Notes: generated by a model not told the origin, from the letters alone. A DNA stretch of 64,000 bases from Bacteroidales bacterium UBA4788 (GCA_002402965.1 DHGW01000070.1:19380-83379), one strand, 5' to 3'; numbered from the stretch's first letter, positions 45,068 to 54,901 are shown. Translations and numbers: made by a program.

Positions 45068-45754
45068 ATGGAACCGAAGAAAAACGAAAAGGCAAACCTC
45101 GAGAACAAAAAGTCATTGTTCATCCAGGCCGGTCTCATACTGGCACTCGCAGCCTGCATCCTGGCAATGGAGTGGACCAGCGGTCAGAAAAGAGAATCAG
45201 CCTTCGATGGCATGACCGAAGAAGCAATCGAGGAAGAACAGATTCCCGTAACCGAGGAGACACCACCGGAAGAAATGCCTCCACCAGAAGTCACAGTAAC
45301 TGACCTCTTCGAGATCGTTGAAGACGACGTTGTAATCGATAACGAAGTCAAATTCGAAGATGATGAGACATCAGAAGACAAAGTGGTGGAAATCTATGCC
45401 CCGGTACTACAGGCCGAAGAGGAAGAGGTGGAAGAGGAGATATTCGTGATCGTGGAGGATATGCCCAAATTCAGGGGCGGTGATATCAATACATTCCGCG
45501 ACTGGGTCCAGAAACGCGTCCGCTACCCCGAACTGGCCTCCGAAAATGGCATCCAGGGAAGAGTGTTCATCACCTTCGTGGTTGAGACAAACGGCAACGT
45601 CAGCAACGTTACAATCACCCGCAGCGTAGACGCACTCCTCGATGAGGCAGCCAAAGAAGCTGTGGCAGCATCACCCAAATGGGAACCAGGCATGCAACGC
45701 GGCCGCCCGGTGAGAGTCAGATACTCAATCCCAATCATCTTCCAGCTGCAATAA
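45068..45754 (+). CDS. Energy transducer TonB-family protein
   Basis: N-terminal TM, Glu/Pro-rich spacer (EEQIPVTEETPPEEMPPPE). C-terminal TonB domain (PKFRGGDINTFRDWVQKRVRYPELASENGIQGRVFITFVV...G). Confidence 0.9.
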   Translation: MEPKKNEKANLENKKSLFIQAGLILALAACILAMEWTSGQKRESAFDGMTEEAIEEEQIPVTEETPPEEMPPPEVTVTDLFEIVEDDVVIDNEVKFEDDETSEDKVVEIYAPVLQAEEEEVEEEIFVIVEDMPKFRGGDINTFRDWVQKRVRYPELASENGIQGRVFITFVVETNGNVSNVTITRSVDALLDEAAKEAVAASPKWEPGMQRGRPVRVRYSIPIIFQLQ

Positions 45755-45779
45755 AAAGAGAATTACCAGCGTTAATCAG

Positions 45780-45814
45780 AAACCCCGCCTTCAATCAGAC
45801 AAGCGGGGTTTTTT
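45780..45814 (+). terminator. Rho-independent terminator after the TonB gene
   Basis: aaccccgc...gcggggtt forms an 8-bp GC-rich stem followed by T6. Confidence 0.7.
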
Positions 45815-45826
45815 AAATACTGCACT

Positions 45827-46999
45827 ATGAAAAGGACTTTCGGAATCTTATTTCTTGCAGCGCTGCTCACCTCAGGCTGCGGATCGTCAAAGAAACAGCT
45901 CGAGGTCGGCAATTACGATGCTGCCATCAACAAGGCTGTATCAGAACTCAGGAAAAACCCCGATGATGAGAAGGAGATTGCAATCCTTGAGCGCGCCATG
46001 AACATCGCACTCGACCAGGACAACGAACGTATCCGCCTCCTGAAAATCGAAGGCAGGTCCAACGCCTGGGATGAAATCTACCTCATCTACAAGAAGATGA
46101 GCGACCGCCAGTCGGCAGTCCGCACTGTGACCCCCATCCGTTACGAGGGCAGAACCATCGAATGGCCGTACGTAGATTACCTGCAGGAGATGGTGATCGC
46201 GAAAAAGAAGGCAGCTGACTTCTACTATGCACACGGACAGGAGCTGATGAAAAACAGCACCAAGGATTCATACCGCCAGGCTTATGCTGAATTCGTCCGT
46301 GCAAGAGAATATGTCGGGGATTATCCGGGCATCGACCAGATGATGCAGGAGTCCAGATATCTGGGCATCAGCCGCGCTTACGTGACTGTCAAAAATTACT
46401 CCGCCACCAAGTTTCCGGAGGATTTTGAAAAGGAACTCCTTGCCCTCGATCTTCCCAGGCTCAACAACGAGTGGGTGGAGTACCATACCACAATGCCGGG
46501 CAATGATACCCAGATTGACTACCTCATCAGCATCAACCTTCGCACTGTGGCTGTCAGTCCCGACAAACAGTTCCAGCGCGACACGCTGGTTAAGGCAACC
46601 GTCGAGGATGGGTTCGACTATGTCAAGGATGCCCGGGGCAATGTGCTCAAGGACTCACTGGGCAATGACGTGAAGGTCAAAAAATACAGCAATCTCCAGT
46701 GTGCACTGATACAGACCTTCCAGGTGAAGGAATGCATTATCCAGGGTGATGTGGAGATGCAGGCGCTCTACCCTGAGCGCACAATCAAGAAAGAGCCCAT
46801 CGGCGCCACCTCCAATTTCGAACATGTCTCCGCGAGGGCCATTGGCGATGTAAACGCTCTCTCTGTCGAACAGAAAAAAATGCTGCAGTCAAGCATAGTC
46901 GAGTTCCCCATGGATTTCGAGATGATTATCATGTGTACCGAGAACCTGAAGAATGCCATCAGGGGCTTCATGGAGGCTAACAGGAGGTATATTAATTAG
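45827..46999 (+). CDS. Lipoprotein of unknown function
   Basis: Lipobox LLTSGCGSS. 390 aa. No family recognised. Confidence 0.75.
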   Translation: MKRTFGILFLAALLTSGCGSSKKQLEVGNYDAAINKAVSELRKNPDDEKEIAILERAMNIALDQDNERIRLLKIEGRSNAWDEIYLIYKKMSDRQSAVRTVTPIRYEGRTIEWPYVDYLQEMVIAKKKAADFYYAHGQELMKNSTKDSYRQAYAEFVRAREYVGDYPGIDQMMQESRYLGISRAYVTVKNYSATKFPEDFEKELLALDLPRLNNEWVEYHTTMPGNDTQIDYLISINLRTVAVSPDKQFQRDTLVKATVEDGFDYVKDARGNVLKDSLGNDVKVKKYSNLQCALIQTFQVKECIIQGDVEMQALYPERTIKKEPIGATSNFEHVSARAIGDVNALSVEQKKMLQSSIVEFPMDFEMIIMCTENLKNAIRGFMEANRRYIN

Positions 47000-47120
47000 T
47001 TTGTATTACTTTTGATCCCCGCCCCACATGAAAGAGAGGGGGCATGCCCCGGAGCAAACCGGAGTGCATGGCCTCACAGTGAATGAGGGGAACGGTACAG
47101 ACTGATTAATATTTAAAACA

Positions 47121-48308
47121 ATAGAAAAAGCAATACTTGTAGGGGTAATCACCCCGGAGATAAATGAGGTCAGAGCCCGCGACTACCTTGATGAGCTCGC
47201 ATTCCTTGCCGAGACGGCAGGAGCTGAGCCTGTGAAGTCATTCCTACAGCGCGTTGACCATACCAATCCCCGTACCTTTGTCAACCGGGGCAAGACAGAG
47301 GAAATCGCCGCCTTCGTGGCGGCCAATGAGATCACCCTGGCCATCTTCGACGATGAGCTTACTCCCAGCCAGATGCGCAACATCGAGAAGGAGCTCAACT
47401 GCCGCATCATTGACCGTACCAACCTCATCCTCGACATTTTTGCCAGTCGCGCCCGCACATCACACGCCCGTACCCAGGTGGAGCTGGCACAGTACCAGTA
47501 CCTCCTCCCGAGGCTCACCGGCATGTGGACACACCTTGAGAGACAGCGCGGAGGTATAGGCCTTCGCGGCCCAGGCGAGACAGAGATTGAGACCGACCGC
47601 CGTATCATCCGTGAAAAAATCACCCGCCTGAAGGAGCAGCTCAAGAAGATAGACACCCAGATGAGCACCCGCCGCAAGGGGAGGGAAAGGATGGTGCGTG
47701 TGGCACTCGTGGGTTATACCAACGTTGGCAAGTCGACCCTCATGAACCAGATCAGCAAGACTGATCTTTTCGCAGAGAACAAGCTGTTTGCCACCCTTGA
47801 CACCACAGTAAGGAAGGTTGTTCTGGGCAACCTGCCATTCCTCCTTTCTGACACCGTGGGGTTCATCCGCAAACTGCCACATGACCTGGTGGAATCGTTC
47901 AAATCGACCCTCGACGAGGTCCGTGAGGCAGACCTGCTGCTGCATGTCATTGACATCTCCCATTCCGGCTTTGAGGAGCAGTTAGAGGTGGTCAATGCCA
48001 CACTGAAAGAGCTGGGGTCAATCAACAAGCCGACGATACTCGTATTCAACAAGACCGATCTTTTCTCCTTCACCAGCAAGGATGAGGATGACCTGACGCC
48101 GGTGCAGCGCGAGAACCTTTCACTGGATGATCTTCGCAGGACCTGGATGGCCAGGGCAGGCGACCAGCGCACCGTCTTCATCTCGGCAAAGAAGCGTGAT
48201 AACTTTGAAGAGCTGAGGAGGATGTTGTACGAGGAGGTAAGGAAGATTCACGTGACGCGCTATCCCTACAACGAATTCCTTTACGAGGCTGAAGGACCTG
48301 TTATTTAA
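47121..48308 (+). CDS. hflX: GTPase HflX (start codon uncertain, apparently non-canonical)
   Basis: HflX N-domain (IFDDELTPSQMRNIEKELNCRIIDRTNLILDIFASRA), GPGETEIETDRR, G1 GYTNVGKST, G3 DTVGF, G4 NKTD. Homologous N-terminal sequence EKAILVGV...LDELAFLAETAGAEPV lies upstream of the first GTG at 47232. Confidence 0.9.
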   Translation: MEKAILVGVITPEINEVRARDYLDELAFLAETAGAEPVKSFLQRVDHTNPRTFVNRGKTEEIAAFVAANEITLAIFDDELTPSQMRNIEKELNCRIIDRTNLILDIFASRARTSHARTQVELAQYQYLLPRLTGMWTHLERQRGGIGLRGPGETEIETDRRIIREKITRLKEQLKKIDTQMSTRRKGRERMVRVALVGYTNVGKSTLMNQISKTDLFAENKLFATLDTTVRKVVLGNLPFLLSDTVGFIRKLPHDLVESFKSTLDEVREADLLLHVIDISHSGFEEQLEVVNATLKELGSINKPTILVFNKTDLFSFTSKDEDDLTPVQRENLSLDDLRRTWMARAGDQRTVFISAKKRDNFEELRRMLYEEVRKIHVTRYPYNEFLYEAEGPVI

Positions 48309-49293
48309 GCAGGCCTGACGAGATCATGTATTCAGCTATCTGCACCGCGTTGGTGGCAGCTCCCTTGCGTATGTTATCGGCTACAACCCACAGGTTAAGC
48401 GTTTTCTCCTGTGAGAAATCGCGGCGCAGCCGTCCCACGAATACCTCGTCCCGGTCATGTGCTATAAGCGGCATTGGGTATTTCTTTTCAGAGGGATCAT
48501 CATAGAGAATCACACCGGGTGTGTCTGCAAGGATAGCCCTTACCCTGTCGAGATCAAACTCATGCAGAAACTCAATGTTCACTGATTCGGAGTGTCCTCC
48601 TTTCACCGGGACCCTGACAGCGGTTGCTGTCACCCGGATCTTCTCATCGCCAAGTATCTTGTGTGTCTCATTCACCAGCTTCATCTCCTCCTTCGTGTAA
48701 CCGTTATCGAGGAAGACGTCGCACTGCGGGATGCAGTTAAGGTCGATGGGGAAGGGGTATGCCATCTCGCCGCCCAGTCCGCGCCGTTCGTTATCAAGCT
48801 GTGTCACAGCCTTTACCCCGGTGCCGGTGACGGACTGATAGGTGGATATGACGAGCCGTTTTATCCCGTACTCCCTGTGCAGAGGTGCAACGGCCATGAG
48901 CATCTGTATTGTGGAGCAGTTTGGGTTGGCGATGATATGGGTATCAGCTGTGATTGTTGAGGCGTTGATCTCGGGCACCACCAGGGGTATCCCCTTTTCC
49001 ATTCTCCATGCCGAAGAGTTGTCAATGACAACAGTGCCGTTCTCGGCGAAGACGGGAGCCCACTCTATTGAGACGCCTGATCCGGCAGAGAAGAGTGCAA
49101 CGTCAGGCGCGCCCTCAACAGCTTCCATCACGCTTACCACCTTCACCGGCTTGCCCCTGAAGACCACCTCCCTGCCCGCGGAACGCTCCGAGGCTGCCGG
49201 GAAGAGCCTGTCAACCGGGAACTGTCTTTCTTCAAGAACCTTCAGCATCATCCTGCCCACCATCCCCGTGGCACCCACAACTGCAACTTTCAT
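48301..49293 (-). CDS. asd: Aspartate-semialdehyde dehydrogenase
   Basis: MKVAVVGATGMVGR Rossmann N-terminus, IANPNCSTI active-site Cys motif. The ATG at 49293 is preferred over the longer ORF. Confidence 0.95.
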   Translation of the reverse strand: MKVAVVGATGMVGRMMLKVLEERQFPVDRLFPAASERSAGREVVFRGKPVKVVSVMEAVEGAPDVALFSAGSGVSIEWAPVFAENGTVVIDNSSAWRMEKGIPLVVPEINASTITADTHIIANPNCSTIQMLMAVAPLHREYGIKRLVISTYQSVTGTGVKAVTQLDNERRGLGGEMAYPFPIDLNCIPQCDVFLDNGYTKEEMKLVNETHKILGDEKIRVTATAVRVPVKGGHSESVNIEFLHEFDLDRVRAILADTPGVILYDDPSEKKYPMPLIAHDRDEVFVGRLRRDFSQEKTLNLWVVADNIRKGAATNAVQIAEYMISSGLLK

Positions 49294-49373
49294 TTCTTTC
49301 TTGTTTAAAAAAATTATCCGAACTTTATAAAGAGAAAAGTGCGACAAATTTAATCCTTTTTTAGTCCCGCTGC

Positions 49374-51074
49374 ATGAAAAAGATTATACTGTTGCCGTTA
49401 CTATCATTGTATCTGTCTGTTACGGCACAGACAGGTGGCAACGCCTCTGCCTGCCCGGCCACAGGTGACGTTGTCATAACCGAGATAATGGCCGATCCCA
49501 CTCCCTCCAGGGGCCTGCCTGAGCGTGAGTACCTCGAGATAACCAACCGGACTGCCGACAGCCTGATGACAGGTGGCATCATGCTAATAGCAGGTCCTGA
49601 TACGGCGTACCTGTCTACGGGATGGATTGAACCCGGCGGGAGGATAATACTCTGTTCCACCGGCAGCAGGAGCGATCTGCTTCCTTACGGACAGGTGATG
49701 GCTGTGAAATCATTTCCATCGCTGAATGATGCCGGTGAGCTGATTGCCCTGCGTGATCCCGGAGGGAGACTGATCCATGCCGTCAGTTACGGCCCGGAGT
49801 TTCTGGGCGACGGTCCGCGTTCCGGCGGCGGGTGGTCTGCCGAGCTCACCGACCTGAACAACCCGTTCAATGAACCGTATGCCTGGAACCCTTCGGTTGA
49901 TCCCTCAGGCGGAACCCCGGGAAGGACAAATTCAACTGTCAACAGCGTTCCCGATGCCAGGTGTCCGCGAGTAATTGCCGTATGGCCAGCGGCGCCGGAT
50001 ACCGTTGCCGTACTATTTGACGAGACAGTCATGCTTGCCGGCACCGACACCTGGCTGGCTGACGGCCGGGCAACACTGCCAGCCGTCCCGGGTGATCATG
50101 CTGACCGTACGGCAATGATACCGCTGGGAGAGAAGCTTACCCCCGGTGCGATTATTACCCTTAGCATTCCTTCACAGGTCATCGATTTTGCAGGCAACGC
50201 TCCCTGCCTCACCCAGCTTAGGACCGGCCTGCCATCCGATCCCTTGCCCGGAGAGATTCTCTTCAACGAGCTGATGCCTGACCCGGCAGATGAGTGCAGT
50301 GAGTACCTGGAGCTTTACAATAATTCGGGAAAGGTAATAGATCTCTCCCGGCTGTATCTTGCAGGCGGCAGCAAGGCAGCCGCAATGGCAATCACCGGAA
50401 ATCACCGTCAGCTCCTTCCGGGCGGCTTCATTGCCCTAACCTCCGGCAGAGAGGAGTTTATTGTAATATACCCCTGCGCCGATGGTGAAGGGGTTTACAG
50501 GTCTGACCGCCTCCCGGCTATGCCGGACGATGAAGGGACTCTCATCCTTTATGATAAAAGTCTTGACATCATTGACAGGGTTGATTACAGTTCATCCATG
50601 CACATGTTGTTCCTCCAGGGCACCAGCGGGGTGGCCCTGGAGAAGGTGTCGCCTTCAATGGCATCAGATGTGGCAGGAAACTGGCACTCGGCCCTGGAGT
50701 TCTGCAACTGGGGAACCCCGGGCGCCACCAACTCGGTAAGGATTGAGGAGACAGAAGAGGCTGACGGGATGACGCTCTCAGCTTCCAGGGTCTCACCAGA
50801 TGGCGACGGTTTCGAGGACCTGGTCTCGATAGGTGTTTTCCCCGGAGGGGATGAGAATGTAATCACGGTGACTGTCTTCAATGACCGCGGTTATCCTGTC
50901 AGGCGGCTGGCAGAAAAGGTGGCTGCCGGAGCAGGCACACGGTTCATATGGGACGGGCTCTCTGATAGCGGTGCGCGACTTCCTGCAGGTCTGTACCTGG
51001 TAATTGCGGAGTCATACAACACCGCAGGATCCGCCCGGCGCTGGAAGGAGGTTTGTGCCTTGCTATACCGGTGA
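49374..51074 (+). CDS. Secreted protein with two lamin-tail domains (LTD) and a C-terminal FlgD-Ig/T9SS-CTD-like beta-sandwich
   Basis: LTD1 VVITEIMADPTP...EYLEITN. LTD2 ILFNELMPDPADECSEYLELYNNSG. C-terminal VSPDGDGFEDL...GLYLVIAES. Confidence 0.8.
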   Translation: MKKIILLPLLSLYLSVTAQTGGNASACPATGDVVITEIMADPTPSRGLPEREYLEITNRTADSLMTGGIMLIAGPDTAYLSTGWIEPGGRIILCSTGSRSDLLPYGQVMAVKSFPSLNDAGELIALRDPGGRLIHAVSYGPEFLGDGPRSGGGWSAELTDLNNPFNEPYAWNPSVDPSGGTPGRTNSTVNSVPDARCPRVIAVWPAAPDTVAVLFDETVMLAGTDTWLADGRATLPAVPGDHADRTAMIPLGEKLTPGAIITLSIPSQVIDFAGNAPCLTQLRTGLPSDPLPGEILFNELMPDPADECSEYLELYNNSGKVIDLSRLYLAGGSKAAAMAITGNHRQLLPGGFIALTSGREEFIVIYPCADGEGVYRSDRLPAMPDDEGTLILYDKSLDIIDRVDYSSSMHMLFLQGTSGVALEKVSPSMASDVAGNWHSALEFCNWGTPGATNSVRIEETEEADGMTLSASRVSPDGDGFEDLVSIGVFPGGDENVITVTVFNDRGYPVRRLAEKVAAGAGTRFIWDGLSDSGARLPAGLYLVIAESYNTAGSARRWKEVCALLYR

Positions 51075-51212
51075 GGTTCCGCGGCACGACTGACATGAAT
51101 GCATGAAAGAAATGAGATACGGTGTAAGAAAAATCCCGGGAACTCAGGGAGTCCTGGTGCCTCGAAGAGCAGGGCTCTCAGAGAGGTTCGGCGTCAGAGA
51201 GACTCTGAGCTG

Positions 51213-52022
51213 TCAGAGAGCTGCGATGAGCTCCTTCATGATCCTCGTCATCTTCTCTTCGCTGTGCTCAGCAGCCTGCTGCACTGATTCATGCGTGGTA
51301 TACTCAATCTTGCCATCCACGCCAAGGTCGGTGATGATGCTGACGGCAAAAACCGGGATGTTCATATGCCTGGCGGTAATCACCTCAGGCACCGTAGACA
51401 TTCCCACTGCATCCGCACCGATGATACGGAAGAACCTGTACTCGGCCGGGGTCTCGAAGGTGGGACCGGTTGTGGAGAGATAAATACCTTTTTTTACAGG
51501 TATGCCAAGTCCGGCGGCAATCGCCTTCGCCTTTTCAATAAGCTTTTTGTCATAGGGTTCGCTCATGTCGGGGAAGCGAGGTCCGATACGGTCGTCGTTG
51601 GGCCCGATCAGAGGATTTGCCACCAGGCAGATATGGTCTTCGATGAGCATAATGTCACCAATCCTGAAGTCAGGGTTGACTCCTCCTGCTGCGTTTGAGA
51701 GGAACAGTGCCCTGATGCCCAGTTCCTTCATGACCCTGATGGGGAAGGTGACCTGTTCCGAACCGTATCCCTCGTAATAGTGGAAACGGCCCTTCATGGC
51801 AACCACTTTCCTGCCTCCGAAATCTCCGTAAATGAGTTTTCCGGCATGGCCCTGAACCGTTGATAAAGGAAAGTCAGGTATATCCTTGTAGGGGATTTCA
51901 ACCTGTATATCAATCTCTGCGGTAAGGCCGCCCAGTCCCGTTCCCAGAACAATACCTGCCTCTGGGTCCTTGAATCCCATCGAGGAGAGAAAGTCAGCAG
52001 TCCTGATGATATTTTCCAGCAT
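51213..52022 (-). CDS. Purine nucleoside phosphorylase (PNP/MTAP family)
   Basis: GIVLGTGLGGL, RFHYYEGY, MSTVPEVI motifs. 269 aa. Confidence 0.9.
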   Translation of the reverse strand: MLENIIRTADFLSSMGFKDPEAGIVLGTGLGGLTAEIDIQVEIPYKDIPDFPLSTVQGHAGKLIYGDFGGRKVVAMKGRFHYYEGYGSEQVTFPIRVMKELGIRALFLSNAAGGVNPDFRIGDIMLIEDHICLVANPLIGPNDDRIGPRFPDMSEPYDKKLIEKAKAIAAGLGIPVKKGIYLSTTGPTFETPAEYRFFRIIGADAVGMSTVPEVITARHMNIPVFAVSIITDLGVDGKIEYTTHESVQQAAEHSEEKMTRIMKELIAAL

Positions 52023-53058
52023 ATGAATGTAATTTAATTAAGAATTCCTTCTCATTTTCAATGAATTGCACACTGACAGGCAGTACACAAAGGGCCTCTC
52101 GGACGTGAGATGCAATATTAGCGATTTCTTTCAACCTGACGCCATCCTTGGATGTTGTGACGATTAATTTGTCGTTACCGATCATTGAATCGAAAGCTGC
52201 TGTAATCCTCTGTAAGTCGGTTTCGGTGAAGCTATGGTGATCCGGGAAGGAGACGTGGCTGACTCTTCCGGCAATGCTTTCCAGGTAGTTTGCCATTGGT
52301 TCCGGATTGGCTATACCCGTTACCAGCAGGAGGGATGTGCCGGGGGTGATCTCCCGGACCGTGTTGCTAAACAGGTGACGCAACCGTCCGTAGGTGAGGG
52401 TGGTAAAGAAGATAGGCTCTCCGGCGCCGGCAGCTGTAAGTTCTTTCCTGACCTCTTCCATCTCAGGCCGGGAGATCTGCTGAGGGGCTTTTGTAACGAT
52501 TATTATATCAGCCCTTTTCATTGCTCTCTTCTGCTCGCGGAGCATTCCGAGAGGCAGCAGACGGTCGCGCGTCATCAGCCTGTTCCAGTCGGTCAGGAGG
52601 ATGTTCATCCCGGCCTTTACCGCCCTGTGCTGGAATCCGTCGTCGAGTATCACCACCCCGGCAAGAGGATCTGTCCTGATTATTTCTTTTATGCCGTTCA
52701 CCCTGTCGCGGTCCACGAACACACCTGCTTCCGGCAGACACTGTGCCAAAAGCAGCGGCTCATCGCCGGCGTCAGCTGTAGTGCTGACAGGTGTCACCTG
52801 CCTGAAGCCGCGGCTTTTTCTCAGGTATCCCCGGCTTAAGACAACAACGCGGGTGAGTGCTGACAGCTTTTCAGCAAGGTAAATCACATGCGGCGTTTTG
52901 CCCGTGCCTCCCGCCGTGATGTTCCCGACGCATATCACGGGCACACCGAATGAATGGCTCCGGAATATCCCCAGGTCATAAAACAGGTTTCTCACAGCCA
53001 CGGCTAGTCCGTAGGGCTGGGAGGCAGACCACAGGAGGAGTTTCACCGGTCGGATCAT
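51994..53058 (-). CDS. lpxK: Tetraacyldisaccharide 4'-kinase
   Basis: VICVGNITAGGTGKTP P-loop, ILDDGFQH motif. Its 3' end overlaps the PNP start by 29 nt. Confidence 0.9.
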   Translation of the reverse strand: MIRPVKLLLWSASQPYGLAVAVRNLFYDLGIFRSHSFGVPVICVGNITAGGTGKTPHVIYLAEKLSALTRVVVLSRGYLRKSRGFRQVTPVSTTADAGDEPLLLAQCLPEAGVFVDRDRVNGIKEIIRTDPLAGVVILDDGFQHRAVKAGMNILLTDWNRLMTRDRLLPLGMLREQKRAMKRADIIIVTKAPQQISRPEMEEVRKELTAAGAGEPIFFTTLTYGRLRHLFSNTVREITPGTSLLLVTGIANPEPMANYLESIAGRVSHVSFPDHHSFTETDLQRITAAFDSMIGNDKLIVTTSKDGVRLKEIANIASHVREALCVLPVSVQFIENEKEFLIKLHSYAGKYHQDC

Positions 53059-53059
53059 C

Positions 53060-54829
53060 CTAACGGATTTCCAGGTAGTAAGGCATGACGGTCATAATCC
53101 CGCCGGATGAAATAATCTCCTTCAGATCAAAATAGTATCTCGATACCTCACCGAGCTCGTTGCGTATGGCTCTCGCCCTGATATCACCCATTAACTCTTT
53201 CAGCAGTTTCGTGTAAAAGTCAGCTGCCTCCGGCTTTTCAATGGTCCGGTACTCTTCCAGTCCGGCCAGTGAGGCAGCCTCCCTGATTGCGTCATTGAGT
53301 CCTCCGAACGAGTCGACGAGACCGATTCCGGCAGCATCGGCCCCGCTCCACACGTGGCCCTGTCCTATGCTGTCAACCGCTGCCTGGCTCATCTCCCTTC
53401 CTGCAGCAACAATATCAGTAAAGGTTTTATAGGTACGTTCAACATTGGCCTGAAGTGCATCTTTTTCGAAAGCGCTGAGAGGCCTGGTCAGCGACGGGGA
53501 GTCAGAGTGGGCATTGGTGCGTACGACATCGGAGCTGATACCCAGCTTTTTGTCAAGCAATACCTCAGCGTTGGGAATGAGCCCGAATACGCCTATCGAT
53601 CCGGTCACGGTAACAGGCGATGCAATGATCTTCCTCGCGGCAGCAGAGATATAGTAACCTCCGCTGGCAGCATAGTTACCCATGGAGACAACGACAGGTT
53701 TCACCTTGTCAGTGAGTTCCACCTCGCGCCATATCTGGTCAGAGGCCATGGCACTTCCCCCCCGCGAATTGACCCTGAAGACTACAGCCTTGACAGTTGA
53801 ATCGAGGCGCAGCTTGCGCAACTCCGCAGCGTACCTTATACCACCTATGTTTGAGTCGTCACCCTCACCGTTGCTGATACTTCCCTCGGCGAAGAGGATG
53901 GCAATCTTATCCTTCCCTCCCTCAGAGGCATGCTTCACAGACACATTAGTGTACTTCGACATGGAGACGTAGCTGATCTTCTTGCCGGTGCCGATACCGG
54001 CGGCAGTTCTAATGCTGTCCTCCAGCTGGTCACGGTAGAGGGTGCCGTCAATCAGCCCGGCGTTTGTAATCAGTTGCGGGTCATAGCCTGCAAGTGAGTC
54101 GGCAAGACTCATCACGCGTGCTACCGGCAGGCCGCGTGATTCGGATATAACATTTACCACATGCTCCCAGATTGATCCGGCATATTCAGATATCTGGAGA
54201 CGGTTTTCGTCACTGAGCTTATCGAGCATGTAAGGCTCCACGGCGCCTTTGAATTTTCCGTGCCTTATCACCTGCACCTCCACCCCAAGCTTGTCGAGAG
54301 CCTCCTTGTAGAATGTGACTTCGGCTGCCAGCCCCTTGAAGTCGAACATTGATGTGGGATTGATCCATATGGCGTCTGCAGCAGTAGAGATGAAGTAACT
54401 CTCCTGCATCATAATATAGTCTGAATAGGAATATACGAATTTGCCGCTTTTTCTGAACTCCTGCAGTGCGATGCGCAGCTCATCAGCCGTGGCCCATCCG
54501 GAAGGCATGGTGCCGTTTTCGATCAGGATGCCGCTTACCTTTTCATCCCCGGCAGCTTTTTTCAGGTTTTTCAGTAACTCGTTCAGGCCGGGCGTCTGGG
54601 TGAAAGACATTGTCATCGGGTCAATGGAGCTGAAAGGATTACCCGAGGACCGGTCCGGTATCAATGCTCCGGTTTTGATGACCAGCACGGATTTTTCAGG
54701 TATGCTGACCGATTTTTCCCCTGCAGCTGCCATGCCCGAAAAGACAGACAGCATTACCACGAAAAAGAGGATGCTGGTTATTATCAGTCCCGCTATTACG
54801 GCGAGAAGCATTTTAAGGAAAGTTTTCAT
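53060..54829 (-). CDS. sppA: Signal peptide peptidase SppA, 67K type
   Basis: Two tandem S49 domains. MGNYAASGGYYIS contains the catalytic Ser region. N-terminal TM. The ATG at 54829 is preferred. Confidence 0.9.
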   Translation of the reverse strand: MKTFLKMLLAVIAGLIITSILFFVVMLSVFSGMAAAGEKSVSIPEKSVLVIKTGALIPDRSSGNPFSSIDPMTMSFTQTPGLNELLKNLKKAAGDEKVSGILIENGTMPSGWATADELRIALQEFRKSGKFVYSYSDYIMMQESYFISTAADAIWINPTSMFDFKGLAAEVTFYKEALDKLGVEVQVIRHGKFKGAVEPYMLDKLSDENRLQISEYAGSIWEHVVNVISESRGLPVARVMSLADSLAGYDPQLITNAGLIDGTLYRDQLEDSIRTAAGIGTGKKISYVSMSKYTNVSVKHASEGGKDKIAILFAEGSISNGEGDDSNIGGIRYAAELRKLRLDSTVKAVVFRVNSRGGSAMASDQIWREVELTDKVKPVVVSMGNYAASGGYYISAAARKIIASPVTVTGSIGVFGLIPNAEVLLDKKLGISSDVVRTNAHSDSPSLTRPLSAFEKDALQANVERTYKTFTDIVAAGREMSQAAVDSIGQGHVWSGADAAGIGLVDSFGGLNDAIREAASLAGLEEYRTIEKPEAADFYTKLLKELMGDIRARAIRNELGEVSRYYFDLKEIISSGGIMTVMPYYLEIR

Positions 54830-54901
54830 TTCTGCAGTCGTTGATTTATGTGACCAAATTATAAAAAAAACAGGCATCTTTAAGGCTCTGAAGATTATGA
54901 T

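Noticed and set aside
47039-47050. 12-bp perfect palindrome ggggcatgcccc downstream of the lipoprotein gene
   Set aside because: The loop is too short to form a stable hairpin, and no U-tract follows. It is probably incidental.
47183-48181. Three overlapping minus-strand ORFs (155-167 aa) across hflX
   Set aside because: hflX on the plus strand has all GTPase motifs. The antisense ORFs are Arg/Ser-rich, which is typical of GC-rich reverse frames.
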